Below, piece by piece: positions 45,608-45,662 of a stretch of 45,662 nucleotides of DNA. This DNA is from a virus (taxonomy: Duplodnaviria > Caudoviricetes). A model generated the notes under the pieces. That model saw only the letters and a program-made list of their open reading frames with translations. It made no database searches and had not been told where the DNA came from. The first letter of the stretch is position 1, and each line of letters starts with the position of its first letter. A program made the translations under genes and the position numbers. Location of the stretch: the IMG/VR virus record IMGVR_UViG_3300032324_000593, positions 1 to 45,662 of that record. One strand, written 5' to 3'.

Positions 45608-45662
45608 ATAAAAGTTTTTGGTTTGACAAATTGTTTATAAAGTTTTTTACTTTTTTATTTCA

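Noticed and set aside
1-45662. Eukaryotic giant virus origin (annexin-, LRAT- and Tlr6F-like genes, collagen)
   Set aside because: Peptidoglycan hydrolases, a holin/endolysin cassette, ArdA, translationally coupled operons and Bacteroidota promoter boxes indicate a bacterial host.
1-45662. Stop-codon reassignment
   Set aside because: Standard-code ORFs tile the window densely, and TAG and TGA both end genes at plausible boundaries.
1-45662. tRNA, rRNA, integrase or transposase genes
   Set aside because: None recognised by eye; intergenic gaps are short and AT-rich. A covariance-model scan would be needed to exclude small RNAs formally.

Overview
An AT-rich, gene-dense segment of a bacteriophage. 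The host is most likely a Bacteroidota/Flavobacteriales bacterium, based on recurrent TAnnTTTG -7 promoter boxes, A-rich leaders without Shine-Dalgarno sites and a CarboxypepD_reg-like gene. I see no terminase, portal, HK97 capsid or tail genes in the window. Instead it has an FtsK/HerA (A32/P9-type) packaging ATPase, a beta-rich 232-aa major capsid candidate with a clear paralogue, and about 40 single-pass membrane proteins. It also carries membrane-anchored peptidoglycan hydrolases and binders, a holin-endolysin-spanin-like cassette, and a Pro-free collagen/beta-helix fibre next to a glycosylation/sulfation module. This points, by inference, to a large tailless membrane-containing virus (Varidnaviria-like). 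The main unexplained signals are: (1) polyprotein-like ORFs whose domains, including ArdA, are separated by a recurring [FY]-x-x-G-G motif; (2) a second [FY]-x-N-x-x-G motif shared by the capsid candidate and several membrane proteins; (3) a capsid paralogue apparently split over two genes; (4) a 238-aa protein with family-B polymerase-like motifs; (5) apparent avoidance of GATC and CAGG/CCTG. All family calls come from reading motifs by eye; no searches were run.
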